A DNA stretch of 64,000 nucleotides from NCBI GenBank assembly GCA_047967505.1, contig CM106538.1, one strand, 5' to 3'. This stretch comes from Dipteris shenzhenensis (lineage: Eukaryota). Under the pieces are notes generated by a model that worked only from the letters and a program-made list of their open reading frames with translations, was not told the DNA's origin and did not search any database. This document shows positions 63,101 through 64,000 of the stretch, in pieces; positions within the stretch are counted from its first letter, which is position 1; every line of letters starts with the position of its first letter. The translations under genes were made by a program, and so were the position numbers.

Positions 63101-64000
63101 TCGATCGCCAGCCGCTTATCTGGAACGGTCAGGTCAGAGATGCCGAGGGCCTTCAGTTGGGGGAGAGATCACATATCAGGTGGGATGGCTGGATGAGGGG
63201 GCCAGCCCGGTCCCTTCGAGTTTGGAGGGACACGTACAGACATCTGGAGACGGCTGATCTTGCAGACGCAGCTGGAGGTGCACGTGGAGCCCAGGCGAGA
63301 CACACGGAGATCGACGGCGCGATCCCAGCTGATTGGTTGGTTCCACCTGAGCCTCAGATCCTCATGCCTGGTGACGACCGCTGGCTGGGACAGTTCACAC
63401 CCCATGGCATCCCACTGGTGGTCGCAGGACGTATGGATGACTCCTCTATTTCCTTCTTCGAGGTTATGGGGGATGGACGACTCAGGAGAGAGGATGCGCT
63501 CATCGACCCCCTACTCCCATGGCAGAGGGTTCGGGTCGTAGGCCTTTTGGGGAAGGTCTGGCGTACCGATCCTAGCATCGAGCAGGATCAGATGCAGCTT
63601 TGGCGTCTCTGGCTCTGGGAGGGGCGGGCCTTGTCAGAGCTTGATTGGGACCCAGGAGAGTGGTGGTGGCCAGAGATTGTGACAGGACAGGGGCCGACCT
63701 CCTTCTTCGCCTACAGCACGACTCTGGGCAGGCGAGTTCTTGGGAGGATGCAGAGCCGCCCCCCCACCCAGCGGCCCAGCTGGTATGCACAGGGTATTTC
63801 CAGGTTCTTTTTGCAGGCCTTCTGGAAGGCCTTGTGGGAGAGCTGGCGGCCGCGGAAGATCTCCTACTTCCTGTGGCTTCTTGCCCACAAAGGTCTTCCA
63901 GTGGGGAGCTGGTTGCGGCAGATAGGCCAGGACGGATGCTGTCATATTTGCCATGAGGATGAGGAGTCACCAAAACACTGCCTGTGGAGCTGCACTCGCG
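60150..64000 (+). pseudogene. LINE ORF2 (APE endonuclease, RT, C-terminal CCHC); one frameshift near 60503, then apparently open to the window end
   Basis: SWNVNG, LQEH, GDFN, SDH, WRPITLL, DFEKAYD, RQGCPLAP, EYADD, CHIC..H..C. Confidence 0.92.

Larger units (their letters stand above)
57361..64000 (+). mobile_element. L1-type LINE retrotransposon with 5' end present; runs off the window
   Basis: Begins where the Copia B LTR match stops; C-rich 5' UTR; ORF1 and ORF2 present. Confidence 0.9.

Overview
Eukaryotic plant DNA, probably a non-seed plant such as a fern or lycophyte (inferred from the long TE-filled introns and the TE types). The only host gene is the 3' end of a CwfJ/CWF19L2 spliceosome-factor gene on the minus strand (exons 34220-34008 and 20461-20132). 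Its 13.5-kb last intron, and probably the >29 kb upstream of it, are packed with nested retroelements: several Ty1/Copia elements, a gag-only LTR element, a very young chromovirus and an L1-type LINE. The most unusual feature is a complete 9.27-kb DNA transposon at 4272-13544 with 15-bp perfect TIRs and a 4-bp TTGA TSD. It carries a Sola/DUF7869-like DDD transposase on the minus strand. Divergently from it lies an intron-containing gene fusing a ParB-like domain to a bacterial-type beta-class N6-adenine/N4-cytosine DNA methyltransferase. Between the two genes is a ~165-bp hairpin with four phased copies of an 18-bp palindrome (GTCGATGATATCATCGAC). This copy is pseudogenised. All family assignments come from motif recognition by eye, not database searches.
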